A DNA stretch of 64,000 nucleotides from contig JAGWJP010000001.1 of assembly GCA_028865725.1 (NCBI GenBank), forward strand, positions 55,377 through 119,376, in the 5' to 3' direction. The notes beneath the pieces were generated by a model. That model saw only the letters and a list, made by a program, of their open reading frames with translations, did no database searches and was not told where the DNA came from. The translations under genes and the position numbers were made by a program. This DNA is from Patescibacteria group bacterium (lineage in GTDB: Bacteria; Patescibacteriota; Minisyncoccia; UBA6257; JACRHW01). This document shows, in pieces, positions 9,672-20,195 of the stretch (position 1 is the first letter of the stretch; each line of letters begins with the position of its first letter).

Positions 9672-10265
9672 TTATAGCATTTTCTCCATTTGTAGTGAAG
9701 CGAGATAAGGACGTGCCCGCTGGCATAGTCTCGCAAGGCGTCGTGCTTTTTTGGTGGGTCTTCCTGCATAAGTACGACGTTTCATCTTCTTTTCAAGGTC
9801 TTCAGCCTTAAACATAAAGTTCATTGTTGCGAGAAGTGGACTTCTATAGTTTTCATATTGCGAACTATAGGGAAGGCCATAGCAATGTCTGCACCCGAAG
9901 TAATCACCACCTTTATAGAGTACACCTACCCGTTTGCCACAATATACTCCGTTGCGAGATAGGGGGCACATAAACCACCATCGCTTACCACCGAAATGAC
10001 ATTTTGTGCTTACCAGAGGAATTTTGTAGTCCACATCTTTCTTTTCTCCCGTATCTCGGTTTGTTTGCGTGTAGTAAAAACGAATATAGTCGTTATTTTC
10101 TTCGATATGACTGGCAATGCTGATAGAGTTTTTAGAGTCTCCATGTGTCCATGTAATAAGACCTGATTGAGTGGAATTAAAATATCCATGCTTGTGAAGG
10201 AAGGAGACACTTACGCTTCTACACTCATCAGCATAATCCCGCATATACGATTTCCATCTTCCCAT
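9672..10265 (-). CDS. Hypothetical protein with a Cys4 zinc-ribbon-like motif (island cargo)
   Basis: 197 aa. Contains CHFGGKRWWFMCP...CGKRVG...CRHC. Confidence 0.4.
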   Translation of the reverse strand: MGRWKSYMRDYADECRSVSVSFLHKHGYFNSTQSGLITWTHGDSKNSISIASHIEENNDYIRFYYTQTNRDTGEKKDVDYKIPLVSTKCHFGGKRWWFMCPLSRNGVYCGKRVGVLYKGGDYFGCRHCYGLPYSSQYENYRSPLLATMNFMFKAEDLEKKMKRRTYAGRPTKKARRLARLCQRARPYLASLQMEKML

Positions 10266-10342
10266 ATTTTTTCTTCAAAATTTACGAAATCATTAGGGTT
10301 TCTCCTGTTTTAATGGATAACCTTTTCCAAACAAACCCATTG

Positions 10343-10708
10343 TTATTCATTGTTAATATCAACGTCTATTGCGATAGGGGCGGGCGGTTTTTCACCATTG
10401 CGAGCTGATTGGATACGCTGGAGTTCGTGAAGGGCTTTGTAAAGACTTCTTTCAAGCATAGTTTCATAACGGAAAAATAAATCTGCATCGACTTTAAGAC
10501 TTATCTTTCTGTCGAAATCACCGATATAGAATACATCATCCTTTTCAAAAGAGAGGGCACGTTTAAGTCTCCATACGTTTGAACTAATTCTATCAACAAG
10601 GATATATTCTATTTCGCTTGCAGGATTAAGTTCTTGCCTCAATCGTTTTTGCAGTTCAAGCAACGCCTTTTCATCCTCTCCTTTTATGAGCACCTCTTTG
10701 CTCAACAA
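10343..10708 (-). CDS. Hypothetical protein. The frame continues upstream to an ATG at 10816 across one in-frame TGA.
   Basis: ORF starts at TTG in the track. Upstream in-frame reading is MATQKQIEANRENAKL*GIKTEEGKAISRYNAIKHGLL... Confidence 0.35.
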   Translation of the reverse strand: MLSKEVLIKGEDEKALLELQKRLRQELNPASEIEYILVDRISSNVWRLKRALSFEKDDVFYIGDFDRKISLKVDADLFFRYETMLERSLYKALHELQRIQSARNGEKPPAPIAIDVDINNE

Positions 10709-10822
10709 GCCGTGCTTGATAGCATTATAACGGCTTATTGCCTTACCTTCTTCGGTTTTTATACCTCAGAGCTTTGCATTTTCACGATTTGCTTCTATTT
10801 GTTTTTGTGTAGCCATATTTGA

Positions 10823-12742
10823 TTAAAACCCTAATTCATTAGCGTTTATTTCCTTGCTATCGGGCATAATGGGTTCTGAACTCTGGGAACGACCAAATGT
10901 CTCGATAGTATCACCATTTTCTTCACTTTTTGTTTCTTGTTTTTCTTGTTCCGTATATATAGTGGGAACAAGGGAACAAGAATATTGGAATGGGTCTCCC
11001 TTCTTGCCCGAGCCTGTCCTGCCAATCTTTTGAGCTTTCACAAGTTCCTGTAACGCCCTACGTTTATGCGTGGTACGTCCTTCAACGGCATTATCAATAT
11101 CGACTTGTAACATAGGCTCATTAGATGCTTTCAGAAGCTCTAGGATAGCTTCAGAGACCTTCAATACATCATCCTCTTCCTTCGTTCCACCAAAAACCAC
11201 CATTTTGGTGTCTGGGTCAAAAAGCAATATGCTTGGTTCCATGTCTGTGCCATACCGTTGCTGTGTTTCAATAGTCCTTTTACTGTCAGTACGTTTTAGA
11301 ACAATTGCAGTGTCTACAGAACCGAATATCGCTGTAGAGCCGAGTGCGGTATCTGCTCCATCTCCTCCACCTTTTCTGGCGTGGTGAATACCCATCACGT
11401 GTGCCGAATACGTCCTCGCAAGAGAGAGGAGGGGGTCTAAAGCTTTAATCACTTTCGAATAGTCATTTACATCAGAAACACTCGCAAAACGGAACAGAGT
11501 GTCTACAATCACCAGTATAGGTTTTTTCCGCTCTATTTCGCTTTTAAGCCACTCATTTGCACTATCTGGTAGAGAACCTACATAAACTCCCAAATCTTCG
11601 CTTCCTGTGGCTCCCATGAGCTGGAAATGGCTTCTCACTTCGCTACGCTTCTCTTCAAGGGATACATAAAGAACGGCTCCTTGAATAACTTGACGCCCTA
11701 AAAAGGGCTCACCACGTGCAACTGCAAGGGCTGCTTGTCTCGCCAGGGTTGATTTTCCTACTTTTGGCTTTGCTATCACTATTGAGAACCCTCCCGAGGG
11801 AAGTAGGTTCTCAACCACCCAGCTTATTTCTTCTTCTGACTCTTTCAATAAATCATTGAGTGATGTAAAGCCGAATTTGGGAACAACAATCACGGCTGAA
11901 GAAATAGATGCCAGTACTGCTTCACCCCCATGAAGCACACACAAGTCATTAAAATCAGATGGCGTTTCTTCTCCAATTTTTTCTTCTGGTTCAAAAGAGG
12001 GGAAGGCGAGTCTGGCTCCTATAGCCTCGGCAGCTTCTTTTGCTTTTTGAGAGCCGTTTGTATCAGTATCTCCGCAAATGACCACTTCAATATCGGGATA
12101 CTTTCTCCTTATATCCATTGCTGTTGCTTTGAGGTTGCTTGCAGAGAAGGCTATAGCGACCGCATATCCTGTTGTCTCTGCAATGCTCGCCGCTGTGGCA
12201 AAACCTTCCGCTACGCAGAGAATTTTGTCGGGTTCTCTTATGATGGAATAGCACCCCGCCGTCTTTCCACCTTTAAGGAATTTCTTGTTCCCGTTTTCAT
12301 CTACGAATTGAAGTGAGGAAAGAAATCCTTCTGAAGAATAAAGCGGAAGAATAAGGTTGTTGTTCCAGAAGCGGCTATGATAAGCGGATATCTTCTTTTT
12401 TGTGAGATAGGGAAAATTGGCGGGTGGTTGGGATGCTGATTGCCATATCTTCATGGCATCAGTAGATATTTCGTTTTTTGTTTTCCTCATATCCTCCAGA
12501 AGAAGACTACTTGTATCATCCCCAAAATGTTTGGCGAGGGTCATAAGATTTCCCTTTGCGTCACATTTCTTACAGTGAAAGCGACCCGTCTCTTCTTCAA
12601 AGTAGAGATGGGCTTCATTGTTTTTGCTGTCGTCATCGCAATTACTGAAGATACAACGAGTGATGAGCTCCTTTCCGTTTTTACGGAAGGGGATACCTTT
12701 GCGAGTTAGGTATTCTGTAATAGTAATAGTTTGAAAGGTCAT
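10823..12742 (-). CDS. Bifunctional DNA primase / replicative helicase (zinc finger, Toprim, RepA/DnaB-like P-loop ATPase)
   Basis: CHC2-like zinc finger CIFSNCDDDS...FHCKKCDAKG. Toprim ILCVAEGFATAAS...VVICGDTD. Walker A VIAKPKVGKSTLARQAA. Confidence 0.75.
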   Translation of the reverse strand: MTFQTITITEYLTRKGIPFRKNGKELITRCIFSNCDDDSKNNEAHLYFEEETGRFHCKKCDAKGNLMTLAKHFGDDTSSLLLEDMRKTKNEISTDAMKIWQSASQPPANFPYLTKKKISAYHSRFWNNNLILPLYSSEGFLSSLQFVDENGNKKFLKGGKTAGCYSIIREPDKILCVAEGFATAASIAETTGYAVAIAFSASNLKATAMDIRRKYPDIEVVICGDTDTNGSQKAKEAAEAIGARLAFPSFEPEEKIGEETPSDFNDLCVLHGGEAVLASISSAVIVVPKFGFTSLNDLLKESEEEISWVVENLLPSGGFSIVIAKPKVGKSTLARQAALAVARGEPFLGRQVIQGAVLYVSLEEKRSEVRSHFQLMGATGSEDLGVYVGSLPDSANEWLKSEIERKKPILVIVDTLFRFASVSDVNDYSKVIKALDPLLSLARTYSAHVMGIHHARKGGGDGADTALGSTAIFGSVDTAIVLKRTDSKRTIETQQRYGTDMEPSILLFDPDTKMVVFGGTKEEDDVLKVSEAILELLKASNEPMLQVDIDNAVEGRTTHKRRALQELVKAQKIGRTGSGKKGDPFQYSCSLVPTIYTEQEKQETKSEENGDTIETFGRSQSSEPIMPDSKEINANELGF

Positions 12743-12957
12743 AAATCATTGAGACGTTTTATTAATAAGGGGAGCGTTGCTGTTCTATGTTTTTGTATAA
12801 GTTCATATTCTTCTTTAGTCATTGGCTTGTAGATTGCAGACGTCAATTGCAAAAGCTTGATGCCTTTTTCGTAAGCATCTTCTTTTTCTATTTCAGTTCC
12901 AAAGAGCTCTTTATAAAGTGCTTGGAACCTCTCAATGTCTGCATCTGACAAGACCAT
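12739..12957 (-). CDS. Small hypothetical protein, a paralog of the ORF at 20196-20375
   Basis: 72 aa. Shares FxxxYKExFGxxIxxExAxExxxxLLxxxxAIYKPxxKEE with the 20196-20375 ORF. Confidence 0.4.
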   Translation of the reverse strand: MVLSDADIERFQALYKELFGTEIEKEDAYEKGIKLLQLTSAIYKPMTKEEYELIQKHRTATLPLLIKRLNDL

Positions 12958-12961
12958 ATAC

Positions 12962-13255
12962 CTATCTGCTATAGAGTTTATTTTTCAGGGCTTTTATCGC
13001 ATCGAAGAACGACCTTGCTTTCACCTCTAACCTGTCCGCAAAATAATGGTTTGCGACCTCGTTTATTCTGTCTTCACGACGAAAGATGAAAAGAGCCTTG
13101 TTCGGGTTTTCCTTGTTCACCGACAATAATTCAAACCCCATACATAAGAGTGCGGATGATACTCCCAAATCGTATGTGGTAAAGACCACTGACGAGTCAT
13201 CGAGTGGTATGTATTGATAGTCTTCAGACTCATTACTTCCTGTTTTTTTAGTCAT
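12962..13255 (-). CDS. Small hypothetical protein (island cargo)
   Basis: 97-aa ORF, tightly packed with its neighbours. Confidence 0.35.
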   Translation of the reverse strand: MTKKTGSNESEDYQYIPLDDSSVVFTTYDLGVSSALLCMGFELLSVNKENPNKALFIFRREDRINEVANHYFADRLEVKARSFFDAIKALKNKLYSR

Positions 13256-13394
13256 AATTTTTAATATTGGTTAATTGGTTAAGACGACTTTGTCGCTCTG
13301 GCAAAATAAAAAAGCCAAAGCGTACTCTGCTTTGACTTTATCTTTTACCCTTCCGTGTCGGATATGGAGGTGAGAAAGGTGAACTTTTTATTTC

Positions 13395-15632
13395 CTATTT
13401 CTCAAGCCATATCCAGCCTTTTTCTTGTTTGAAAATCGGGAAAAGTTCGCCCTCACCCACTTTCAGTCTAGAGCGAATTTCTCGTAATGTATCATTGATG
13501 TCTTTTGCTTTTCTAAACTGATATTTTTTAATATTAATTAGTGGATTGCAGTGCTTTTTTATCTCATCAACATGAAAATTCATATTTTTGCTTTTGCGGA
13601 GAATTGTTAAAAAAGCACGAGCTTTTCCCTTAAATTGCCACAGAGCAGTTTTATATTCGGCATCGCCACTCTCTGGATAAAAGTTAAGTTTATTTGCAAT
13701 AATTTTTGAATACCTTGCTTTTTTATCGGGTTTGGAGATACCAAGGAATTGGGTGAGTTGGTTTTTTGGAATCTTACCTTCAAAAGTAAGGTAGTCTCCT
13801 TCAGTTACAACTTGTTCTTTTTTTGATTTTGCGTGCGGTGGTAGTTTTAGATAAATCCTACTTAACTCTCCCGTTATTTCTTGCCCTAAATTTATATTCC
13901 ATTTTGTTATGATGTTTCTACTGTTTATTTCGGCTGGAGATGCTTCAAAAAAGTGATAAAGATTTTTTAATAAAAACAGTCCCATTGTCTGGATTTCTGG
14001 AGATTTTGACTGCAATGCATCATAGACCAAGTCTTTCATTGTTTCTTCTTCTCCTCGAATACCTCTCAAATAGATTACAAAATAATAGTAAATCGCCTGT
14101 TCTGTTTCGGCTTTAGATTTTCTTATTTGTCTCTTTACGTCGTCTGATGTAAAACCTAAATCTATTGAGTCCAAAGATTCTCCACTCACCGCTTTATTCC
14201 AACGCACCATATCCCTTGCGTATGCTTTATAGAAAAATGCTAAAGGTCTTAAAAATTTTGCGTTAGGGTCTGCAACTATTCTGCTAAGTTCCATCTGAAA
14301 TCCATTGTGATTTTTTGCAAACGGTGATGCAGATAGGACTTTCAAAAGCCAGAATTTTGTCCATTCAGTAAGCGAGTTGTCGCAATAGATTTTCCAAATT
14401 TTTTCATATTTAGCGTGTATGAATTTTTTATTGGCTTCATAAAAGTTATCGTCAATATCAGAGAGAAAAAATCCTAAATAGCGACATATCAAAAAGGTTA
14501 GAGATGGTTTTTTCGGTATTAACGCAATCAAATCATCAAGTATCTTTGGATTGCCCCATTTTCCTCCAGCCTTGAGGTAATATCGGAGGCAACTTATTTC
14601 CGCCTTCTTTACATCTCCGCCATTTTTAATTTTTCTTAAAATTGTTGGTAATCGTTTGCTTATTTTTGTTATCTTTTGCTTTGATGTTTCGTTAAGTTCT
14701 CCATATGGATTGTAAAACTTTAGCTCTTCAATTTTTTCGGTATTTTTGAGTTTTTCTAATTTTGTTTTCCCATTAAGTTTTAGATTATATTCTCGAAGAA
14801 ATATTACGATTTGAGCAACAATATTATTTATTTTATCGGCACTTTTCGCCATTATCACAGTGTCATCTGCGTAGCGAAAGTATTCAAAGTCATTATTACT
14901 TTTCAAATCATCAAGAAAAGTGTCCAGTGGATAAAGATAGGCATTGGATAAAACGTGAGAAGCGTTTGCACCCTGCGGGATACCACAAAGAGTAGGGGTT
15001 TCAGACCAATTTTTTAGTTGTTGTTCCAGAGTTTTCAGTAGGCGTTCATCTTGTATTTGAAAGCCTTTCTTAAGAATTTTGAGTAGAGTATCAATGTGGA
15101 TATTTTCATAATAGGTTTGTATATCAAACTCTGCTCTCCAGACAAATTTCTTTGCAAAAGCATCTACTTGTTTATCACAGAATTCTGCCCATTGGTTTTT
15201 GTATGGTTTCAGATACTTTTCCTTTCCAAGCACTCTGTTACCTAAACACGAACTGTACATTTTTTTATCTATCGTATTGCCTAAAATTAATGGATTAAGA
15301 AGTGCCTGAAAAACTATTCTGTCCACTACTGAAAAAACACAAATAGGACGAACACCCATATTATCTTTATCGGCATAAATATAATCAGCTTTGTCGGGTT
15401 GATATTTTTCTTGTCGGAGATATTCTTGCAGTGTCTCAAAGAATTCGTCTCCGAGTTGTGTTACAGCACTTATAGCTGGTCTCCATATTGGGTCTAAGGG
15501 TAGAGTGCTCTCATCTGTTTCTTCCTTTAGATATACAAATGCTTTTTTGAGGTTTTCCTTTGAGGAAAAGCTTTCAAACAGGTTCATCAATGTAGGGTAA
15601 TGGTAATTTAATATCGCACCCCAATGTAGCAA
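13395..15632 (-). CDS. Standalone reverse transcriptase with a ~450-aa C-terminal extension (Abi/DRT-like, putative anti-phage)
   Basis: RT motifs GVRPICVFSVVDRIVFQALL, FDIQTYYENI, GIPQGANASHVLSNAYL and YADD (FRYADDTVIM). No adjacent TR/VR repeat was found. Confidence 0.7.
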   Translation of the reverse strand: MLHWGAILNYHYPTLMNLFESFSSKENLKKAFVYLKEETDESTLPLDPIWRPAISAVTQLGDEFFETLQEYLRQEKYQPDKADYIYADKDNMGVRPICVFSVVDRIVFQALLNPLILGNTIDKKMYSSCLGNRVLGKEKYLKPYKNQWAEFCDKQVDAFAKKFVWRAEFDIQTYYENIHIDTLLKILKKGFQIQDERLLKTLEQQLKNWSETPTLCGIPQGANASHVLSNAYLYPLDTFLDDLKSNNDFEYFRYADDTVIMAKSADKINNIVAQIVIFLREYNLKLNGKTKLEKLKNTEKIEELKFYNPYGELNETSKQKITKISKRLPTILRKIKNGGDVKKAEISCLRYYLKAGGKWGNPKILDDLIALIPKKPSLTFLICRYLGFFLSDIDDNFYEANKKFIHAKYEKIWKIYCDNSLTEWTKFWLLKVLSASPFAKNHNGFQMELSRIVADPNAKFLRPLAFFYKAYARDMVRWNKAVSGESLDSIDLGFTSDDVKRQIRKSKAETEQAIYYYFVIYLRGIRGEEETMKDLVYDALQSKSPEIQTMGLFLLKNLYHFFEASPAEINSRNIITKWNINLGQEITGELSRIYLKLPPHAKSKKEQVVTEGDYLTFEGKIPKNQLTQFLGISKPDKKARYSKIIANKLNFYPESGDAEYKTALWQFKGKARAFLTILRKSKNMNFHVDEIKKHCNPLINIKKYQFRKAKDINDTLREIRSRLKVGEGELFPIFKQEKGWIWLEK

Positions 15633-15874
15633 ATTTAAGTCTTGTTCTCAACCCCTTAAAAATCAAGGGTTTCCATTTTTTTGAAATTTGTTTATTATAA
15701 GAACGTCTACCCAAAACGAATACTCCTGAAGAGCTGTCCATTTTCCCCAATTACGGGCAGAAATGGGCAGCTCGAGTTCCATAATTGGGGACTCCTTTGG
15801 GGGTTTTTCGTTATGGGTAGACAGCTCGGGCTGTCCCTTTTTATTTTCAGCTCGAGACATAGTTCTGTCTACCT

Positions 15875-17581
15875 ATGTCTCAAACACAAGAAGAAAAAAA
15901 ATTTCAGGCTCGCATTTCAGAGCTTGAAACCGAAATTAAAAAACTAAAGAAAAGAAAAAAATACGGACTTGTTTGGGAGGAAAAACCAGAACAGGTTGTT
16001 GAATCATGTAAGGAAAAATTACCTGTTTTTTCAGAGAACAAAGATAGAGAAATTAAAGCAGCAAAAAATGAACCCACGAATATTCTTATTGAAGGAGACA
16101 ACTATGATAGTCTCTCTGTTTTGAATTATTCTCACGAAAAGAATATTGACCTAATTTATATAGACCCTCCCTACAATACTGGCAACAAAGATTTTATATA
16201 CAATGACCGTTACATCGATTTAGTAGACACCTACAGGCACAGCAAGTGGCTTTCTTTTATGGAGAAACGGTTAAGGTTGGCAAGAAATTTATTAAAGGAG
16301 ACGGGAGTTGTTTTTATTAGTATCGATGATAATGAGTTTGCACGGTTAAAGTTGTTATGTGATGAAATTTTTGGAGAAAAGAATTTTGTAACTACGATTA
16401 CAATTCAGGTTAATAAGGGTGGGAGGGATTATTTGCCATTGGCTGTAACGCACGAGTATATTCTTTGTTATTTTAAAGGGAATGCTGGACAGTTAAATGA
16501 GCTATCAAAGGAGATTGATTTTGAACTCGAAGACACAGGGGGTAAATATGAATTAAGGGAATTAAGAAATCGTAATCCGAAATTTAGTAAAAAAAATCGA
16601 CCCAATCTTTACTATCCGATTTATGTCAGTCCAATGAGTAAAGATGGAAACGAACAATGCATCGTGTCTTTAGAAAAATCAAAAGATTTTAACGTTGAAG
16701 TCTTTCCTCTTAATAGTAAGGGTGAGGAAGGTTGCTGGCGTTGGGGTCGAGAACTTACGCTAAAAAATTTAGCGAGCAGTACAGATCTATCTAATATAGT
16801 CGGCAGGCAACGTAGAGATGGTGGATGGAATATTTATGAAAAATCTAGAAAGGCTACCACAAAAGCGAAATCAATCTGGGATGAAACTGGCGTAAGGACA
16901 GAACAAGGAACAATTGATTTGCGAGAACTCGGAATGGCGAACCTTTTCGACCACCCAAAGCCAGTTTATCTCATAAAGAAAATGGTCAGATTGGCTACTA
17001 AAGAAGATTCTGTAATTTTAGATTTTATGGCTGGTTCAGGTACTACGGGTCAAGCAGTTTTAGAACTTAATAAAGAAGATGGTGGTACTCGTAAATTTAT
17101 CTTATGTACTAATAACGAAAATAAAATTGCTGAAGAAGTATGCTATTTACGCATTAAAAAAGTAATCGAAGGATACAAGAATCCTAAAAACGAGGAAATT
17201 GCTGGCTTGGGTGGCAACCTCAAATACTATAAAACCGACTTTGTCGACGCAGAACCAACTGACAAAAACAAAAAGATGCTCGTTGATAAATCGACCGAAA
17301 TGCTTTGTCTCAAAGAAGATTGTTTTGATGTAGTCAAAAAAGGTAGCGAATATAAGCTTTTCAAAAATAGTAAGGATAAATATCTCGGTATCATCTACGA
17401 CGATACAGGCATTGAACCATTCAAAAGTGAAATAAAAAAACTGAACAAGAAAGCTACTGTTTATGTTTTTTCACTAGACGAGAGTGCCCGAGAAGAGGAA
17501 TTTGAGAATATTGCGAACCTTGTTGAACCAAAACCAATACCCGCCGCTATTCTTAACGTGTATAAACGCATATTCAAATGA
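15875..17581 (+). CDS. mod: Type III restriction-modification methyltransferase (Mod, beta-class N6A/N4C MTase)
   Basis: Motif IV DLIYIDPPYNTGNKDF comes before motif I ILDFMAGSGTTGQAV. The stop overlaps the res start (ATGA). Confidence 0.85.
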   Translation: MSQTQEEKKFQARISELETEIKKLKKRKKYGLVWEEKPEQVVESCKEKLPVFSENKDREIKAAKNEPTNILIEGDNYDSLSVLNYSHEKNIDLIYIDPPYNTGNKDFIYNDRYIDLVDTYRHSKWLSFMEKRLRLARNLLKETGVVFISIDDNEFARLKLLCDEIFGEKNFVTTITIQVNKGGRDYLPLAVTHEYILCYFKGNAGQLNELSKEIDFELEDTGGKYELRELRNRNPKFSKKNRPNLYYPIYVSPMSKDGNEQCIVSLEKSKDFNVEVFPLNSKGEEGCWRWGRELTLKNLASSTDLSNIVGRQRRDGGWNIYEKSRKATTKAKSIWDETGVRTEQGTIDLRELGMANLFDHPKPVYLIKKMVRLATKEDSVILDFMAGSGTTGQAVLELNKEDGGTRKFILCTNNENKIAEEVCYLRIKKVIEGYKNPKNEEIAGLGGNLKYYKTDFVDAEPTDKNKKMLVDKSTEMLCLKEDCFDVVKKGSEYKLFKNSKDKYLGIIYDDTGIEPFKSEIKKLNKKATVYVFSLDESAREEEFENIANLVEPKPIPAAILNVYKRIFK

Positions 17582-19758
17582 TTACTCTCAAGGATTATCA
17601 AAAACAGGCAGTAGAAAACCTGCATAGGAAAATAGAGAATTCATTACGTTCTCCAGAGAATGAAGTGGTTGTTTTTCAGGCTCCTACTGGTTCTGGAAAG
17701 ACGGTGATGGTATCCGAGCTCCTAAAAGAACTCATAAATAACAGGCAAGATGACAAAAAACTTTCTTTTATTTGGATTTCGGTGAGGATGCTCCATGAAC
17801 AGAGTAAGGAACGCCTAGAAAAATACTATGAGGACGATAGAAGTCTCAAATGTTCCTATTTTGAAGACTTGGAAGACAGAAAAATAGGAGAAAATGAAAT
17901 CCTGTTCGTTAATTGGCATAGCATAAACAAGAAAGACAAAAACACAATAGTTAAAGAAAACGAACAAGAATTTTATCTCGAAAAAGTCCTAGAAAATACC
18001 AGAGAAGATGGGCGAGATATTGTTTTAATTATAGACGAAAGCCACCACACGGCTGGTTCCCAGAAATCGAGGGAACTTATAGAAACCATAAGCCCAAAGG
18101 TGACTCTAGAGGTCTCCGCTACACCGCATTTGGAAGAGAATGCTGCTGAAAAAGAAAAAGTCCACCTTTCGGACGTTAAAGCGGAAGAAATGATTAAGTC
18201 AGAAATATCCGTAAATCCAGAATTTCTTGATATCAAAGTAGGTTCCAAAAGCTCTGATGAAATTGTAATTGAAGAAGCTCTCAAAAAACGGGATGAGCTT
18301 GCGAAGATGTACAAGAAAGAAGGGGTAAACATTAACCCCCTAATGCTTGTACAGCTTCCCGATGCAAAGGCTGGTCTTGCCGACAAAAAAGAGGAGATAT
18401 TAACAATACTTCACAAACAGGGCGTAGAGGACGAGAACATCGCTATTTGGCTATCGGAAGATAAATCTGATACTTTGCCGAACATAGAGAAAAACGATAA
18501 TGATGTGAACGTCCTTATATTCAAACAAGCCATCGCACTTGGATGGGACTGCCCGAGAGCTTCTATCTTGGTTATTTTCAGAGAGTCAAAGAGCTTCACG
18601 TTTACCATCCAAACCATTGGTAGAATAATGCGGATGCCTGAACTGAAATATTATACGAAGGAGCCAGAACTAAATAAAGGGTTTGTATTTACCAACCTAG
18701 CCAATATTGAGGTTACCGAAGATTATGCAAAAGACTATGTAACTCAATATGAAGCAAAACGAGATAAATTATATAAAAACATATCACTACCCTCTATTTA
18801 CTTAAAACGCCAAAGAGAAAGAACCCGTTTATCTGGCGAATTTATTAAATTCTTTCTTAAAATTGCGAAGGAAAAGGATTTAGCAAAAGAAATAAATCCG
18901 AAACCAAAGAAAATAATAAGCCCCATAATTGCTGATGGAAGGATAATAGATATAGATAAATCGGGGGAAATAGAGCACAGGGGTACTCTAGAAATTGGGT
19001 TGAGTGAGAAAGAGCTTGGAAAGAAATTTGATAAATTTATTGCTCAAAATTGCACTCCTTATGCTCCTGCTGATTCTAGCGACAGAATGAAAACAGCTTT
19101 ATATCAGTTCTTTAATCAGGAGTTCAAAATACCGAAATACGAACCCAAGGTTCAACGGATTGTGCTAGGTGAAGAAAACGTGCAGTTATTTGTAAACGTT
19201 ATCAATTTGGCAAAGGAAAAATATAAGAAAGATATAGTTGAAAAGCTTGCCGAGAAACGTGAGCTTATTGAAACAAAGGATTGGGAAGTACCTCTCGTTA
19301 CCAGCTACAACAGCAGGTATCAGATGGAAGAACAACCCTTATCCGTTATGAAACCGTTTTATACGGCAAAACAAAGCGAGCCAGAACGCTTATTTATTGA
19401 ATTTCTCAACAAATCAAAGAACGTAAAGTGGTGGTACAAAAATGGCGAGGCGGAAATCAAGTATTTTGCGGTTTTGCGAGATGACGACCTCGCATTCTAT
19501 CCCGACTTCATTATTCAGCTCAAAGATGGAAGTATCGCTATATTTGATACCAAATCGGGAAGAACGGCAGAAACAAGTGATGCAGCACCCAGAGCCGAAG
19601 CACTACAACGATATATCAAAAAACAAAATAAATCAGGCAAAAATCTATTCGGTGGTATCGCTATTTATGTGAATGGCACATGGCGATACAACGACAAAGA
19701 GAAATATGAGTATAATTCCGATGATTTGTCGGATTGGAAAGTGTTAACTGAATTATGA
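17578..19758 (+). CDS. res: Type III restriction enzyme Res subunit (SF2 helicase plus endonuclease)
   Basis: Walker A FQAPTGSGKTVMVSEL. DEAH-like LIIDESHH. 726 aa. Translationally coupled to mod. Confidence 0.85.
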   Translation: MITLKDYQKQAVENLHRKIENSLRSPENEVVVFQAPTGSGKTVMVSELLKELINNRQDDKKLSFIWISVRMLHEQSKERLEKYYEDDRSLKCSYFEDLEDRKIGENEILFVNWHSINKKDKNTIVKENEQEFYLEKVLENTREDGRDIVLIIDESHHTAGSQKSRELIETISPKVTLEVSATPHLEENAAEKEKVHLSDVKAEEMIKSEISVNPEFLDIKVGSKSSDEIVIEEALKKRDELAKMYKKEGVNINPLMLVQLPDAKAGLADKKEEILTILHKQGVEDENIAIWLSEDKSDTLPNIEKNDNDVNVLIFKQAIALGWDCPRASILVIFRESKSFTFTIQTIGRIMRMPELKYYTKEPELNKGFVFTNLANIEVTEDYAKDYVTQYEAKRDKLYKNISLPSIYLKRQRERTRLSGEFIKFFLKIAKEKDLAKEINPKPKKIISPIIADGRIIDIDKSGEIEHRGTLEIGLSEKELGKKFDKFIAQNCTPYAPADSSDRMKTALYQFFNQEFKIPKYEPKVQRIVLGEENVQLFVNVINLAKEKYKKDIVEKLAEKRELIETKDWEVPLVTSYNSRYQMEEQPLSVMKPFYTAKQSEPERLFIEFLNKSKNVKWWYKNGEAEIKYFAVLRDDDLAFYPDFIIQLKDGSIAIFDTKSGRTAETSDAAPRAEALQRYIKKQNKSGKNLFGGIAIYVNGTWRYNDKEKYEYNSDDLSDWKVLTEL

Positions 19759-20030
19759 ACAAAAAGACACTAAAATATACAATTTCCGAATTTATTTGGA
19801 ACCAATATTTCAAAGAACAATCGGAATTGAAATACTGCATGGATATTCTTGATAAAAAACTTGAATGCCTATCAAAATATGTGGGGAGGAAGCTAACAGA
19901 AAGAGAACAGATGGCTATTTTGGATATTGTAGACGAAAATACCGCCAAAGGTGATGACGGGAATTATCTTGGTTCGCTTTTTCCTTTTGAGTTTGCGTGG
20001 AAGATTTATGAGACAGAAAAAGAATACTAA
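19755..20030 (+). CDS. Hypothetical small protein
   Basis: 91-aa ORF overlapping the res stop (ATGA). Confidence 0.4.
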   Translation: MNKKTLKYTISEFIWNQYFKEQSELKYCMDILDKKLECLSKYVGRKLTEREQMAILDIVDENTAKGDDGNYLGSLFPFEFAWKIYETEKEY

Positions 20031-20194
20031 TGCTTTCTATTGAAAAGTGTCGTGAGATATTAGGCGATGAATATGCTGGGCTTTCTGATGAAAGGCTGGC
20101 TCAAATTAGGGATGAACTATCTGAACTTGCTCGGATAGCTCTCGATGCCTACATTAAGAAACAGAAACAAGGTAAGATTGCTAACAATAGTTAA
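20030..20194 (+). CDS. Hypothetical small protein (54 aa)
   Basis: ATG overlaps the upstream TAA. Reads MLSIEKCREILGDEYAGLSDERLAQIRDEL... Below the ORF-track length cutoff. Confidence 0.3.
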   Translation: MLSIEKCREILGDEYAGLSDERLAQIRDELSELARIALDAYIKKQKQGKIANNS

Positions 20195-20195
20195 A

